Source: Camelus dromedarius
Lineage: Eukaryota
DNA length: 64,000 bases
Direction: 5' to 3'
NCBI RefSeq assembly: GCF_036321535.1
Contig: NC_087436.1
Coordinates: 95,048,001 to 95,112,000 of the forward strand
Positions 1 to 11,855 of the stretch are shown one piece after another; the stretch's first letter is position 1, and each line of letters starts with the position of its first letter. The notes under the pieces were generated by a model. It was given only the letters and a program-made list of their open reading frames with translations, did no database searches and had not been told where the DNA came from. Position numbers and translations under genes: made by a program.

Positions 1-329
1 GATGACTGGCATTTTATGACATTAAAATTTTTCTAGTAAATATAATCCAAGAATATATGTTTTATAGTTTGTTCAGATCTCATGCTCATCAATAAGACTT
101 TAAAATCTTTTAAATATAGGTCCTGTGCATTTCTTATTAAATTTTTTATCATGTTCTTTCATTTCCTTTTTTTTCTCACTGTTGTAAATGCAATAATACC
201 TTTCTAGTTTCATTTCCACATGGTTATTGCCACTGTAACAAAAGTTTGAGTACATTTATATTGTATCTAGTCATTTTATCACACTCCCTCATTAGCTATG
301 ATATTTTAAAATTAGTGTATATTTCTTGT

Positions 330-890
330 TAAGTTAGAGGTAACTTTGAGACATCTATGTGGAGATGTCAGATAGTTGGGCAAATGTTCCTGGAGCTCAG
401 ATCCAAGCTCCAAGGAACTCTAAAAGATAAACACACCAAAGGAGACAGGGACAACTAATGAAGTAGAGGAAAATCAGCAGGGCATGGTTTAAGGCAAGTC
501 AAAGGATAAAGGTGTTTCAAAGCAAAAGGGATGATCATTGTGTCAAATAAGAGGTCGAGTGGAAAATGCCCTCTGGAGTAGGCAATGTAAAAATTTTGCC
601 AAGTCAGACAGCAACAGTTTCAGTTAAGGGATAGGGACAAAAGCCAGACTATGGTGGGTTGAAGAGTTAATGGAAGATAAGAAGTAAGAGAGCATGTATA
701 GACAACTCCTTAGGAAAGTTCTGCCGAATAGTGAGGCTGTGGAATGAGCCTGCAGCTGGAAGAGTTGAGGAATCAAGACAATGCATCTGTTTTGCTCATT
801 TGTTTATTTGAGTTTAAAAGATACGGAACATCTCAGAATGATGAGAATGCTCCAGCAGGAAGATGAGATTGATGATTGTAGGCAGAACCA
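330..890 (-). mobile_element. L2 LINE internal fragment
   Basis: Degenerate L2-like motifs (GTGGAGATGTC..., CAGTTTCAGT...AAGCCAGACT..., TAGACAACTC); boundaries approximate. Confidence 0.6.
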
Positions 891-895
891 TGAAG

Positions 896-937
896 CAAAA
901 ACAAAACAAAACAAAACAAAACAAAACAAAACAAAAC
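896..937 (+). repeat. (CAAAA)n microsatellite
   Basis: About 8 perfect CAAAA units, seen directly. Confidence 0.95.
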
Positions 938-1889
938 TGAAGGCTTTGATAAAAGGAATGGCACCTAAGCACAGTGGATGGCTTAAATCGTTACAGTAAG
1001 GGGAATATTTCCTTTGTAAGATTTATAACTTTCTAAATGCATTCATTATTTAAAAAGGAAAAAAAGACAGACACTAAGCAGTCTACCCAAGTTGAAAGCC
1101 AAATCAGTCCTCTAAAAGGAGTTATGAAATAATAAAAATTAGAGAGAAACTAAGAAGAAAAATGACAGAATTAATAAAGATCTAGCTCTTAAAAAATTTG
1201 CCAGTATACTCTCTTATCTTCTAGTAAATATAATCAAAGAAAAAAAAAACAGAACTTAGAAAGAGGACAAAAATAACAATTAAAATAGAATATTTAAATA
1301 AAATTAAAGTTTTAAAAAAATCAGTATTACTAAAAAAATTGTAAATGTCAAATTGATTACGAGAAATGCTGACAAATGGGGAGAATTTAGGCAAGCAAAA
1401 CTAGAAAATACTCCTCAAAGACAGAATTTGCTCAAAATCCCTTACAGCTAGATCTCTAATTTAATAATTTTTGCCTAAGCTTAAGCCTCTCTAAGCATGG
1501 GTACCTTGCAGGAAAATCTTCATTCTAACAAAATACATTAAAAATTATCTTTTTGGTAAAGTAGCTTCTTATAGCCCCAAAGTTAGAAACGGGTTCACAG
1601 AACTATTTTCTACCTTAATTGAATTCTTGGGTCAAATACTTTATGAAAAATATGTAGTAAATTTAAACATTAATGCTTTCATGGCATGGAATTCAGCATT
1701 TATTTAAATAACACTTTTTCTGTCCCATCAAGTTCTACCATGTAATTTAATATTGTTTCACTCAAATATTCTTCCAGCTCTGATGAGTAGTACTTCCTAG
1801 GGTAATTATTTATGAAAGATCAACACATATTAAAAGTTATTACATTGTTAAATTACCAAAGTGGCCTGCATGGGCTACTCCACATTAAC

Positions 1890-2115
1890 TAGACCCCCTC
1901 ATCATTTTCTATCCCCTTGAGCCTCCTGGGTTTTCTTGTAGTACTTACTACCACCTGATATATTAGCTGTTCTCTCCCTTATTTGTTATCTTTATCCTCA
2001 CTACAAAGTTAGCTGCAGTAGAGACTGACTTGGTTCATTGTTTTAGCCCTTAGCACTTAAAACAGTACCTGAAAGACAGGTGCTCAATAAATATTTCTCT
2101 AATGAAAGAATGAAT
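1890..2115 (+). mobile_element. L2 3' end
   Basis: CAGTACCTG...GGTGCTCAATAAATATTT...AATGAAAGAATGAAT terminus. Confidence 0.75.
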
Positions 2116-5100
2116 CCAACAACTGTAAGAGCAATAATAAAAGGTATATACTTATACTGTACATTTTTTGAATTATAAAATAAAGAACCAAAACCAAATG
2201 TTAAAAAGAATATTAGAAAACATTTACCTCTGGCAACAAAAACCTTTTCAGTATTTTTCAACCTAAGAGAAAAATCACAATATGTTGCTTTAAGAATTTC
2301 TTTTTTCTATTTCATTCTTAAGGCATAAAATTTTTATCACTTTGAAATCTGTTGGCTAAACAGCAAATGTCTTTTCATACTGACACAAAACTTTCTTCAA
2401 ACTGATTATCAAATTATATTCTGTACCTTTTCAAAGTAACTTTGCTTCACTTAAACTTGAGATACAAAAGCTCACACCCTATTTAAAATAGATTAAGTGT
2501 CGATTATGAATACATTTTTCAAAATGTAATTAAGGAATTCACATGCAATTTCTGCTTCAAAACTGCTCAAATGTTAGTTTGTGAATTTAAAAGATGATAC
2601 TATTCAGTGTTACAACAGTAACACTGAAATGTCATTAAGATAGACTGCAGATGGGCTCACTTCAACAGTGTGGCTTTTAAAGCTATGGCTTCTCTCAACA
2701 GTTCGAGTTGCAGCCATTCTGCCAACTGGTTTATGTGGGTAATCGTTATACAAACCTCTCTTCACATAGAGATTTTAAGACAACAGTATTTGTTTTATGA
2801 GTAATCAATTTTAATGGATCTATCTCTATAGTTTTAAATGTGTTATATATATCACATAAAACACACCCAGAATTAATATTACTGTACTAACTCAGCAGCA
2901 CTTCACCTCCCCAAGTTTTCCCTCAACAATTAAAAAAATGACAACACATAATTTCAAAGAACCCTTTAAAGTTTGGTAATTCCAGGATACTTTTAAAACT
3001 CTGTCATATTAGGTCTTTTTTCAAAATTTGGCTTATTTAAAAAAATTTTGAAGACTGCTATAATTTCGGTAACATTTAAAAATGTATGATAGCAGAAAAG
3101 TATCAGAAAAGTTTTGAGATTTAATTTTAACTTTAATTCCAGAAATATATCAGATATTCTTTACCTCTTCTTCAACATCATAAAGAGCAAGTATTAGAAA
3201 TTAAAAAAAAAAATCCTGTTATTTATGTAAACTCAACAAATTGTACTGTATGCAGAAAGAACTCACAGATGAAAAAACAGACAGGATAATTCATCAGGTC
3301 AAGGGCCACTCTATCCCTAACAACTTGTAGAGTGCATGGCATTCATTTATTGGATTTAAACCAAAGAGTAAATGAAATAAATGAATGACACAGACTGTGA
3401 TTTGAAAGATCTAAAAATATAGGAGGAGAAAGTTTTGAATGAAACCCTTGATGAATTATCAGGGAGTATGTCCTTTATTTGGGAGAGAATGAGGTTCTTG
3501 AGTTGAGATTTTAGAGGTATGCCTCAAAAAAATTAATTTGGCAAGTAAAGAATGGATTTGTGAGGCAAGATGCTATGGGTAGGAATACCAGTTAGAAAAT
3601 TCTTTGAAGTGAGAGGACAGTAACCTTGTTTGGAAGCAATGAGGCCTGAAAGGCGGATGGATGTTAAAGATATTACAGAGACAGATCTGATAAAATATCT
3701 GTGGCAAATGGACAGGATGACAAATAGATGACAGTATTTTCAAACCTGGGCAACTGGAAGAAGAGTGGTAATAGTAACATAAATAAGAAAGTAAGAAGGA
3801 TAGTTTCAGGAGGGCTGAGTGTAGCTTCAGACAAATTTAGCTTTAATTATGTATCTACCAACCAAATAGCTAGGAAAATGGGATCTAGAGCCATATTTAG
3901 CTTACAATTAAAAATCAATTTATTTAAGAAATCAGAAATTTAAAGTGTAGAGAAATGACTCCTGGGCCATTAACACTGGTTATCTTTGCGTTCTTTTCAC
4001 TATGTTTTACAAACACATGACATCAAAATTTATTTCGTAATGAAAAAAAGCTTAGAATACACTCTGAAATCCAAAATTAGATTTCTAGCACGATGTCAAA
4101 TCTTTCGCTGTGTTAAAAATATTTGGGGTATATTTCTGATTTTATCAGTAAATGAAAACTAAAAATAAGTATCTAATTTGAATTCAGCTGTAACAAGGTG
4201 AGAGATTTAGCTTTGTAAGTTATATGGTAGATTGAAAGCTCAGCAATTGAGAACTCTGCTATACATTGAAAATTGAAGTGTGATCTCGTGGAAAAAGCCA
4301 TCTAAGACAAGGATTTTATTTCTTTGGGTACCCTTTGCATACTTACACAAGATCAAGGTGAAAATGGGACAAATTTTAACCTTTAAACTATGTCTCCTTG
4401 TTATACGATCACACAGCAACCCAAACTACTTGCTCAGATAGCTCAATAATTTCATTGAAATTATTTAATGCTTGCTTTCTCTCCTAGAGTGGAAACTCCA
4501 TGAAGGCTACAGAAAGGGCTACTATGGCATTTCAAGCACTTACAATACGAGAACTGACATTCAGTTTAAAAACTGCAGTACAACATGATCAAAAAACACA
4601 AAGGTGTGCAGAGGATGCTAAGACAGCTGCAGAAGTCGAAGACATATTTCCAGTTAAGCTGGAACTCTGAGGATAATAAAAGCCCTCTTGCTGGATGAAA
4701 CCTATAGTTACTCCATTAAATGAAAAAGTCAGTAATCATAAAAATTATATTTACATATCCTTAAAGATTTTATTTCAACATAAATGCACATTCATTCACA
4801 AATCTTTTCATATAGGGTTAATGCCATATATTTGATGTGGGTCTCTTGCTACGTTTGTGCCCTCTTTCTTGCATAAGCCATGCCCACAATGACCCATCAT
4901 CTATGATTTCCACTTATGATTTCTATAAATGGAGACAGAACTTGAAAGCACTTCTGAAAGAATATGAATACAGAATCCATTAGACCAGTGGTCTATCCAC
5001 CACGCGACAAAAAGCCTGTGCCAGAATGTAAATTAATGCACTGCTTCCTTCAAGGGGAAAGTCTTACCACGAAAAAACTGTTAGCTGAACCAAACAGAGT

Positions 5101-5699
5101 GCTTAGTGATGTAGTTAATTTACATTCTGGTGTGGGGTCCTTATTTCCTTGAGAACCACTAACAGTCTAAAGACCAGTTAGCTGGACCATGAACTTGGGC
5201 ACTTTGACAGGCTCTGCTTTATACTTTTGATGATTCCGCCCCCTCTCCCCCGTCTTTTACAGTTATCCAGCCTTCATCAAATTTGACAGCAAATTTGTTA
5301 ACAATTCACTTATGTTGAGATGATGTTCCAAAGCAGTCAACTTAATTTTCCAAGAATGAATTCTCTTTTCCTTATACTCTCATTAATTTACATGTCTACA
5401 AAGATTTTATAGTTACTATAACAAGAATAACTGTTAAAAACAGGTCTGTGAACAAACACAACCAACTTTTGGTAAGTACCCAACTCAAGAGGTAGGCACA
5501 GAGTCGCGTGGGTCTGCTGTGGAACCGCCTACCCATCCGCCAGTGATCAGTTAGCTCTTGGGATGGGTAAGTATAACTTATAAAGAGAATAGAGTGCATC
5601 AGGTTAAAGCCATGGGTCAGTTCAGAGGTAGCTGGTGGGGGTGCCTCTGCTGTCATTCTCCCGCATTATCACTGGTTAGTGGCAGCCTACTAATCGAGA

Positions 5700-6050
5700 T
5701 GATGTCCCAAGAACATGAGTCAATAACTGAGCCACTCCCCAGCCAGATGTACAATTTGGACAAAACGCTTCACCTCCTCCTCAATCTCTGGTTTTCTCTT
5801 CAGTTAAATGGGATTAAGTAAGTAGCATGTGCAAGTGAGTAAGAATCTAGATTTGTAATAGCAGCTACTATTTCCTGATTGTGTCAATGTGGACGATAAC
5901 AAGCGTAATACTTTATATTGAGTGGGGCATTTAGTTGTCACAGACACTCGGGCAAACAGGGTTCATTCCCCTTTCCCCTCACACATGAGGATACTGATGT
6001 GAAGTGAGGTTGCATGTCTCTGGTGAGCAGCAGGGTTCAATTTGAATTCA
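5700..6050. mobile_element. MIR fragments; the right-hand one appears interrupted by the retrocopy
   Basis: MIR-like motifs; TTTGAATTCA (6041-6050) rejoins GGTCTCTCT (7171) to give a MIR-like TTTGAA(C/T)(C/T)CAGGTCT. Confidence 0.55.
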
Positions 6051-6051
6051 A

Positions 6052-7170
6052 TTTTTTTTTTTTTGAGTTAGAGTCTCATTTTATTTTATTTTTTTACAAA
6101 AATCCAATGTAAGACCATTGTGCTCATGACTGGAAAAGGGGTGGGGTGGATGGACATGGCATGGGTATCAGAGAGCTAACCCCTTCCAAACGCCATCACT
6201 GCAAACAGGAGCTCCCCAAGTGCACACCCAGGCCGGCAGCCCCTGCAGCACCCACCCCTACACGCCAAGAAAGGACCCCACTGCCTCAGTGCACAGGCCC
6301 TGGCTCGAGCTGCAGTCCACACAGACGGAGGGCCACTGCACAGGTGCAAAAGCTCAGAATGGCCTGACCAACACCTTGAGGAGGCTCCCCCTTCGGTGGG
6401 CACCCCCTCTTGGTGAAGAGCGAACTGGCCAGCTGGAGGTCAAGGACGTGCTGGGCCCCGGGAGCAATGACTCGGCGACAGGTGTTAGCGGGACAGCCCA
6501 GGAGGCCCACGCGTGTCTGCAGGGCGGTTCCGTGTTCCAGGGAGTCAGGTGGTGCAGGTGACATCTGGCTTCCCAAGGTGACCGATCAGCATCGATAGCA
6601 TTCTAAGCCTGGACCTGGGCCTCTCCCTAATCCAACTTGCAAAACGCAACAGCCCTCCTCTGGGAGACCTAACCAAGCCCCCAAAAGCTCTGACCACCCT
6701 GCCTCTTGCCGTGAGAAGTATCCTTTAAGAACATGGCCAGTGTCCATCACAGCCTGCTGTCCAGAGTCCTTCAAGTCAGTGTCCCGTTCAGATCCAAAGA
6801 GTGCTGTCCTCGTCTGTGCTCTGACATCACTGCCCTCCCTGCAGTGCACTCTGGGGTCATCCGTAATCCTAGGCCACTCAGCTGCTCCTGGATCTGCCCA
6901 CAGCGCTCAGGGACCCCACGCTCTGGCTCCTCACACAGCCGGCTCCTTCCTCACCAGGCCCACCCAGAGGAGTTCCTCACATTACAACAGACAAGATAAA
7001 AATAGCAGCCACATATATAGCTCAAAACACCACACTCTTTGGCTTCCCAAAGGGAAGAAGGCTACTGCTACAAAGAATCAAGTCCAAAGTCAAAGAAGGG
7101 GTCATCAGAAAGTTAGGGCGAGGAGTCTGGACCCCTCCGCTGGGTTGCAGAGCAGCAGAGCCGTCTCCTA
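6052..7170 (-). pseudogene. 5'-truncated processed retrocopy, apparently 3'UTR only; parent gene not identified
   Basis: T13 at 6052-6064 (poly-A on - strand); tandem AATAAA on - strand at 6080-6090, 15-20 nt from the tail; abrupt GC/CpG-rich 1.1 kb block in AT-rich surroundings; no recognisable ORF. Confidence 0.8.
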
Positions 7171-10100
7171 GGTCTCTCTAAAGACCATACACATTCAAGT
7201 ACACCACATTGCTTCTTGTTTTTAAAGTAGTCTCATTCACAACTCGCAACTACCTTGTGAGAAGGTTGAGGAAGTATTTCCCACATCGTCCAACTTGGGA
7301 GGCAGATTAAGAGCACAGTTGATTTGTTATCTAGGTTATCAAGGTCCAGAAGAAAGCGGGAGAGCAGACTTAAACGCTTCACCAATAAGATGACCAAACT
7401 AAAATCAAATAGGCACTACACAAGAAAAAAAGGGTACTTAACACATCACTCCCAATATAATAAAATATTGTTAAGCTCATCATAATTGCAGTTTAGTGCC
7501 CATGTGACTTTTATTTCACCCCACTTGGCTCCCTCCCAATTTCTGTCATTACTTCTTACAGGATGAAGTGTTAACCCACATTAACATCAAAAGTGCCTTT
7601 TCATCCCTCAGCTGGTACTAGTGACTGGTAGCAGAGCAAGTAAAATTTTAAAAACCAGCTAAATTAATATTATACGGCCTTTTTATCCCCAAACTCATCT
7701 ATAAAAGTTATCACAATGGGTATTATGGAAACCATAGCAAGATTATAACAGAGTATTTACTTTTTAAAATAGATCTTTGACTTGACAACAGGTAAAAAAG
7801 AAAGATTTCCTTGCCACCTACTCCTCAGATTTTGTGAATTTAAGTATATATTTGCTGTGGCCCAAGGATGAAAACTATAATACCATAAATATGATGGCAA
7901 ACCACTGCTCAATTCCTGCTGCATACTTTAGGTTTGGCATGTGCACCTAGCTGTCTTCTGTGCCATAAAAAGTAATAATCTGGATAGCCATAATTTTATC
8001 TTTTACTGACCTGAACCAAATCCAGTAAGTGTTTCTGTCTTCTCTGCAGCTTTATGATGCTGGGAAAAAGTAATCAATCAGTACTCTATAGACACAAATA
8101 GAATCAAGCAAAATTGCCTGAGTTCTTTGAACACAATGAGCCGACCACGACAGATCAACTTGGTTCTGCAGTAGGACCAATCAGATTTTATAACCTGTAT
8201 TTTATATTAGATGGAATGGTGTAATCTGGGTAAGGAAAGGGTAAAAAGGGTGCCGTAAGCAGTGAGAGGAGAAAACGTGAAGCGCTGTGTTTCACAACTT
8301 CTTGTAATTAGAAACGGTTAATCACTGCAAATGTTAAACCAGTTAGCCATTAAAGAAACTCCCTGGCTTGCTGTACAACCGACTTTAAAAAAAAAAAAAA
8401 AAAAAAAAAAAACAACGAAAGAAAGAAGAGAAAAAGCCACCAAAAGACTTCTATAATTTAACTCTGGCAAAAAGCAAAATACGGCATACTAGTGAGTCAA
8501 ATGGTGATCAGGGAAGACCAGTGGACGTTAGGATTATTTCTTAGTGTTAATCCAATGTTCTTAGGAGGCAGTTCAGAGTAATCCTCCCAAACACCCAGTC
8601 TCCAAGTTGTGGGTAGGGGAGTGGCAAATAAATTTAGAAAGACGATCTGGTTCAGGCCCGTCTAATGGATCATGCAGAATCTGTCCAGCAGTTCTAAACT
8701 CCTGCAAAACACAGAACTGAGTATTCCTTCTTTCTGCTTACCAAGAAATACCTCCCCAAAAGAAGGTAAATACTTAGTAGAAATGAACCAACCAGCCTCA
8801 AATCTGAATCTCCTCTAATCTACTCTCCACACTACAGCCAAAGTGACCTTCCGAAGTGTCATTCTTGAGCACATCATTCTTCCTCAAAGCTTTTTTTTTT
8901 CCTCCCTGAACATCTACAAGATAAATAAAAGCCAAGATCTTTAGTACGGAATTCAGTGCTTTTTAACAATCTAGTAGTCCTAGCTGAACTGCCCAGCCTT
9001 ACCTCCCTACTCTCAACTCCTGTTTCACACTTTTCCTGTCATAAAAATAGTTGAAACACAATACATCAAAGTAAACTAAATGAATATTGCTGAATACTTC
9101 CCACATGAAAAGGACAATGGAAGACACTGTGGACAAGTGTGGGTCAAATCTTTTTCCCTTTTGCCAATAACCTTCAGTTAACTCTCTTACCTCTATTCCC
9201 CTGGCAACCTGATGGAAACAGGTATGTCAACTACGTTACCAGGCAACAATGCTTACAGTAAAAATGATCCCCCTGATTAGTAAATTTGCATCTGGACTCA
9301 GAGGAACAGTAAATGAATTGTGAATACCTCATAGGAAGCCATAGCTTTGACTTTACTAAGTGTGATGGCTCTTGTAATTGGCTTATCCCTTGTGGGGACC
9401 CGGGAAGTTAAGCCTATGAAGTCACATAAGAGATACTGTCTTCTGTGGGACATGAGGTTTTTTTTAAGTCAAATCAGCTCTGTCACTACCTGATGTGAGC
9501 TTTGTGTGCTCACACCTGAGCCTTCACGTGGCACACTGTCTCCCAGCTGGCGACATGACCTGCTTGCATGACCTGCTGTGAGGATCACAACCACTAATGA
9601 GGCACATGTGCTGCGGCCTTGCTGGCAGCCTGTGGTTTCTCTCTGATATCCTTCTGAGTAAAGACACTTACGGTAGTTCTGAATCTGAATCCAGGAAGAC
9701 CCATTCATTTGCACAGCAACAAGACTGTAAGAATGTCTTAGAAAGACATTCCAGATGTTCTACAAACTGAACCCAAGTCCCTTCTTTTTTTTGTCTCTTT
9801 TTTTAGCCTAATATATATTCCTGACCAACCCCACCTGAAGTCATTCACAGCTTTCACTCAACTTCCTGTGTTGTTACTCTTTTTTTCTGGGGATCCTCTC
9901 TTCCAGGAAACATGTACTACCTCACCACAGTCCATCCGTTCAGCCATCTGCTGATGTGAAGCTATGGATGTTTTTCAACCAAGAAGAAAGGCGATATTGC
10001 ATAGGTAAAGAATGCCAACTTCGCTAGAGAAGCTAAGCACAAAGTTTACAGAAAAAGAATGGAAATTTATTGAGAATAAAAATAGGTTACATTGGTGGAG

Positions 10101-10799
10101 AAATACGGCAATAGAATGTTAAAGGGTGAAGTGTCCGAGTAGAGTCCAGATCAATTTGGAGGGAAGAAAAGAGCAGAGAAAGGCAGTAGATTAAGTACTT
10201 CCATCTTCCTGCATTATTGGCCAGGGGGAAAAACCAAGGAGCCCTGTATGTATCAGCATCAAAAGTAGGCGTCTTAATAAGAGTTAGACAACTCAGTAAT
10301 CTGTACCTTGGGAGAGGGAAAAGGGATGGATGAAAGGATTACAATGGGGATGGCATTTGCCAGTGTTCAGGGAGGGGATATTGTTGCTGCAAGTCAGCTC
10401 CAGTTCTACCTTCTTATCCTGATTATTCTAATCAGCCTGTCCCACTAGATTTGCAAGCTGATGTTAATTATGCAGTAGAACTTTCACCAGCATCACAGGT
10501 TTCTTTCATCTTAGGCTATTAGAACTGCCTCCTTCCCTATTACAAAGTTGTCAATTAACCTAACTTGTTATACTTTAGGCCAACTCTATTATTTCCAAAT
10601 TCTGATAGTGGTTAACTTACAAACTAATCAAGATGTGGCACTTTGAAAAAAATTAGTTCTTCTGTAATGGCTAAAGGCTTCTAGCATGTGAACTCTTAGG
10701 TTAAACACACCCATTTAACAGCAAAATAGAGAAAACGAGTCAACAGAGAAAAAGAGGAATGAAGTATATGTGCAGAGAGAGACACTGACAAAAATCATA

Positions 10800-11000
10800 T
10801 AGACCTGGAGAGGGAAAGCAGCCCCCATCCTGGTTTTCTGTTATTGATGCCAGGTGCCTCTGAGACTCAGCCGCACTTCCTGCCCTTGGATTGTTTGACA
10901 TAAAGCTATATCCTTTTTCTGACAAAACACTCTTTTTGCTTAAATTAGTTTAAGTAATTCTCTATAAGTTGTCACCAAATAATCTCTAAGACCAAAAAAG
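10800..11000 (+). mobile_element. Old ERVL/MaLR LTR 3' fragment (LTR16/LTR33-like)
   Basis: TTTGCTTAAATTAGTTTAAGT...GTTGTCACCAAATAATCTCTAAGAC resembles the LTR terminus. Confidence 0.45.
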
Positions 11001-11467
11001 ATGGTTAGAGGCAAAGTGTAACGGTGTTTGTGTACATAATCAGGTTTTGTCATATTGAAAGACGCTGTTAATGTTGTTTTAAAGAGAAAGGGAAAGAGTG
11101 AGAACTCAATTATAGCTATTTTCTGTTGGGGTGTAAATTTTCCAGTCATCTTTTTTATCCTCATGGGATCTAACGTAGTGCTGCATACACACCGTATTTA
11201 ACAAATATTTACTGAATGGACATATAATTAAAGAATAATGAAATCCACTTGGCCAAACGGTTCATCTAATTGGAAGTTTTCAAAAGCATTTCAGTTCCAA
11301 TTAACAAAAGATGTTCTTTATAATTATCATTAGCATAATTCTATGATTAAATATACACAAAGAAATGCTGTTTTCTATTCTCTAAATAGAATACTGAAAA
11401 ACATAATCTGGATTTGATTTATTCAGAATTTTGTGTTAACATATGGGACTATGAAGTCTGCTTAGTC

Positions 11468-11855
11468 GTAGTCTTTAAGATTGTCCACAGACTATTTCCA
11501 CTTTCCGCCTTCTGGGCTCAAGGTAGAATTTCACGTCCCCACCTTCTTGAAACTGGGTTGCAGTCATATGACTTGTTTGGCCAATGAAGTGGCAGTGGAA
11601 GTTACTTTCATGTAGAAGCCTTTAAGAGCCAATGCGCAATTTATCACACCCTCTCCCCTGCCCTAACACACATGGAAGCAGGTGTTGAGATGGAGACTGA
11701 CAATCTGGGGCTCTAAATGACTACTGGAACAGAGCTCTCCTGCTGACCCTAACCTGATATGTAATGTGACTGAGAAACAAACCTTTGTTGTTTTAAACAA
11801 CTAAGAAGTGAGGGTCTTTTGATCCCCATCATTATTTACCCTACTTGACAAACTC
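11468..11855 (+). mobile_element. MaLR LTR (MLT1I/J-like)
   Basis: CATATGACTTGTTTGGCCAATGAAGTG ... GAGAAACAAACCTTTGTTGTTTTAAAC motifs. Confidence 0.7.

Noticed and set aside
6146..7171. Cluster of 60-143 aa ORFs
   Set aside because: Chance ORFs in GC-rich retrocopied UTR; no protein similarity recognised
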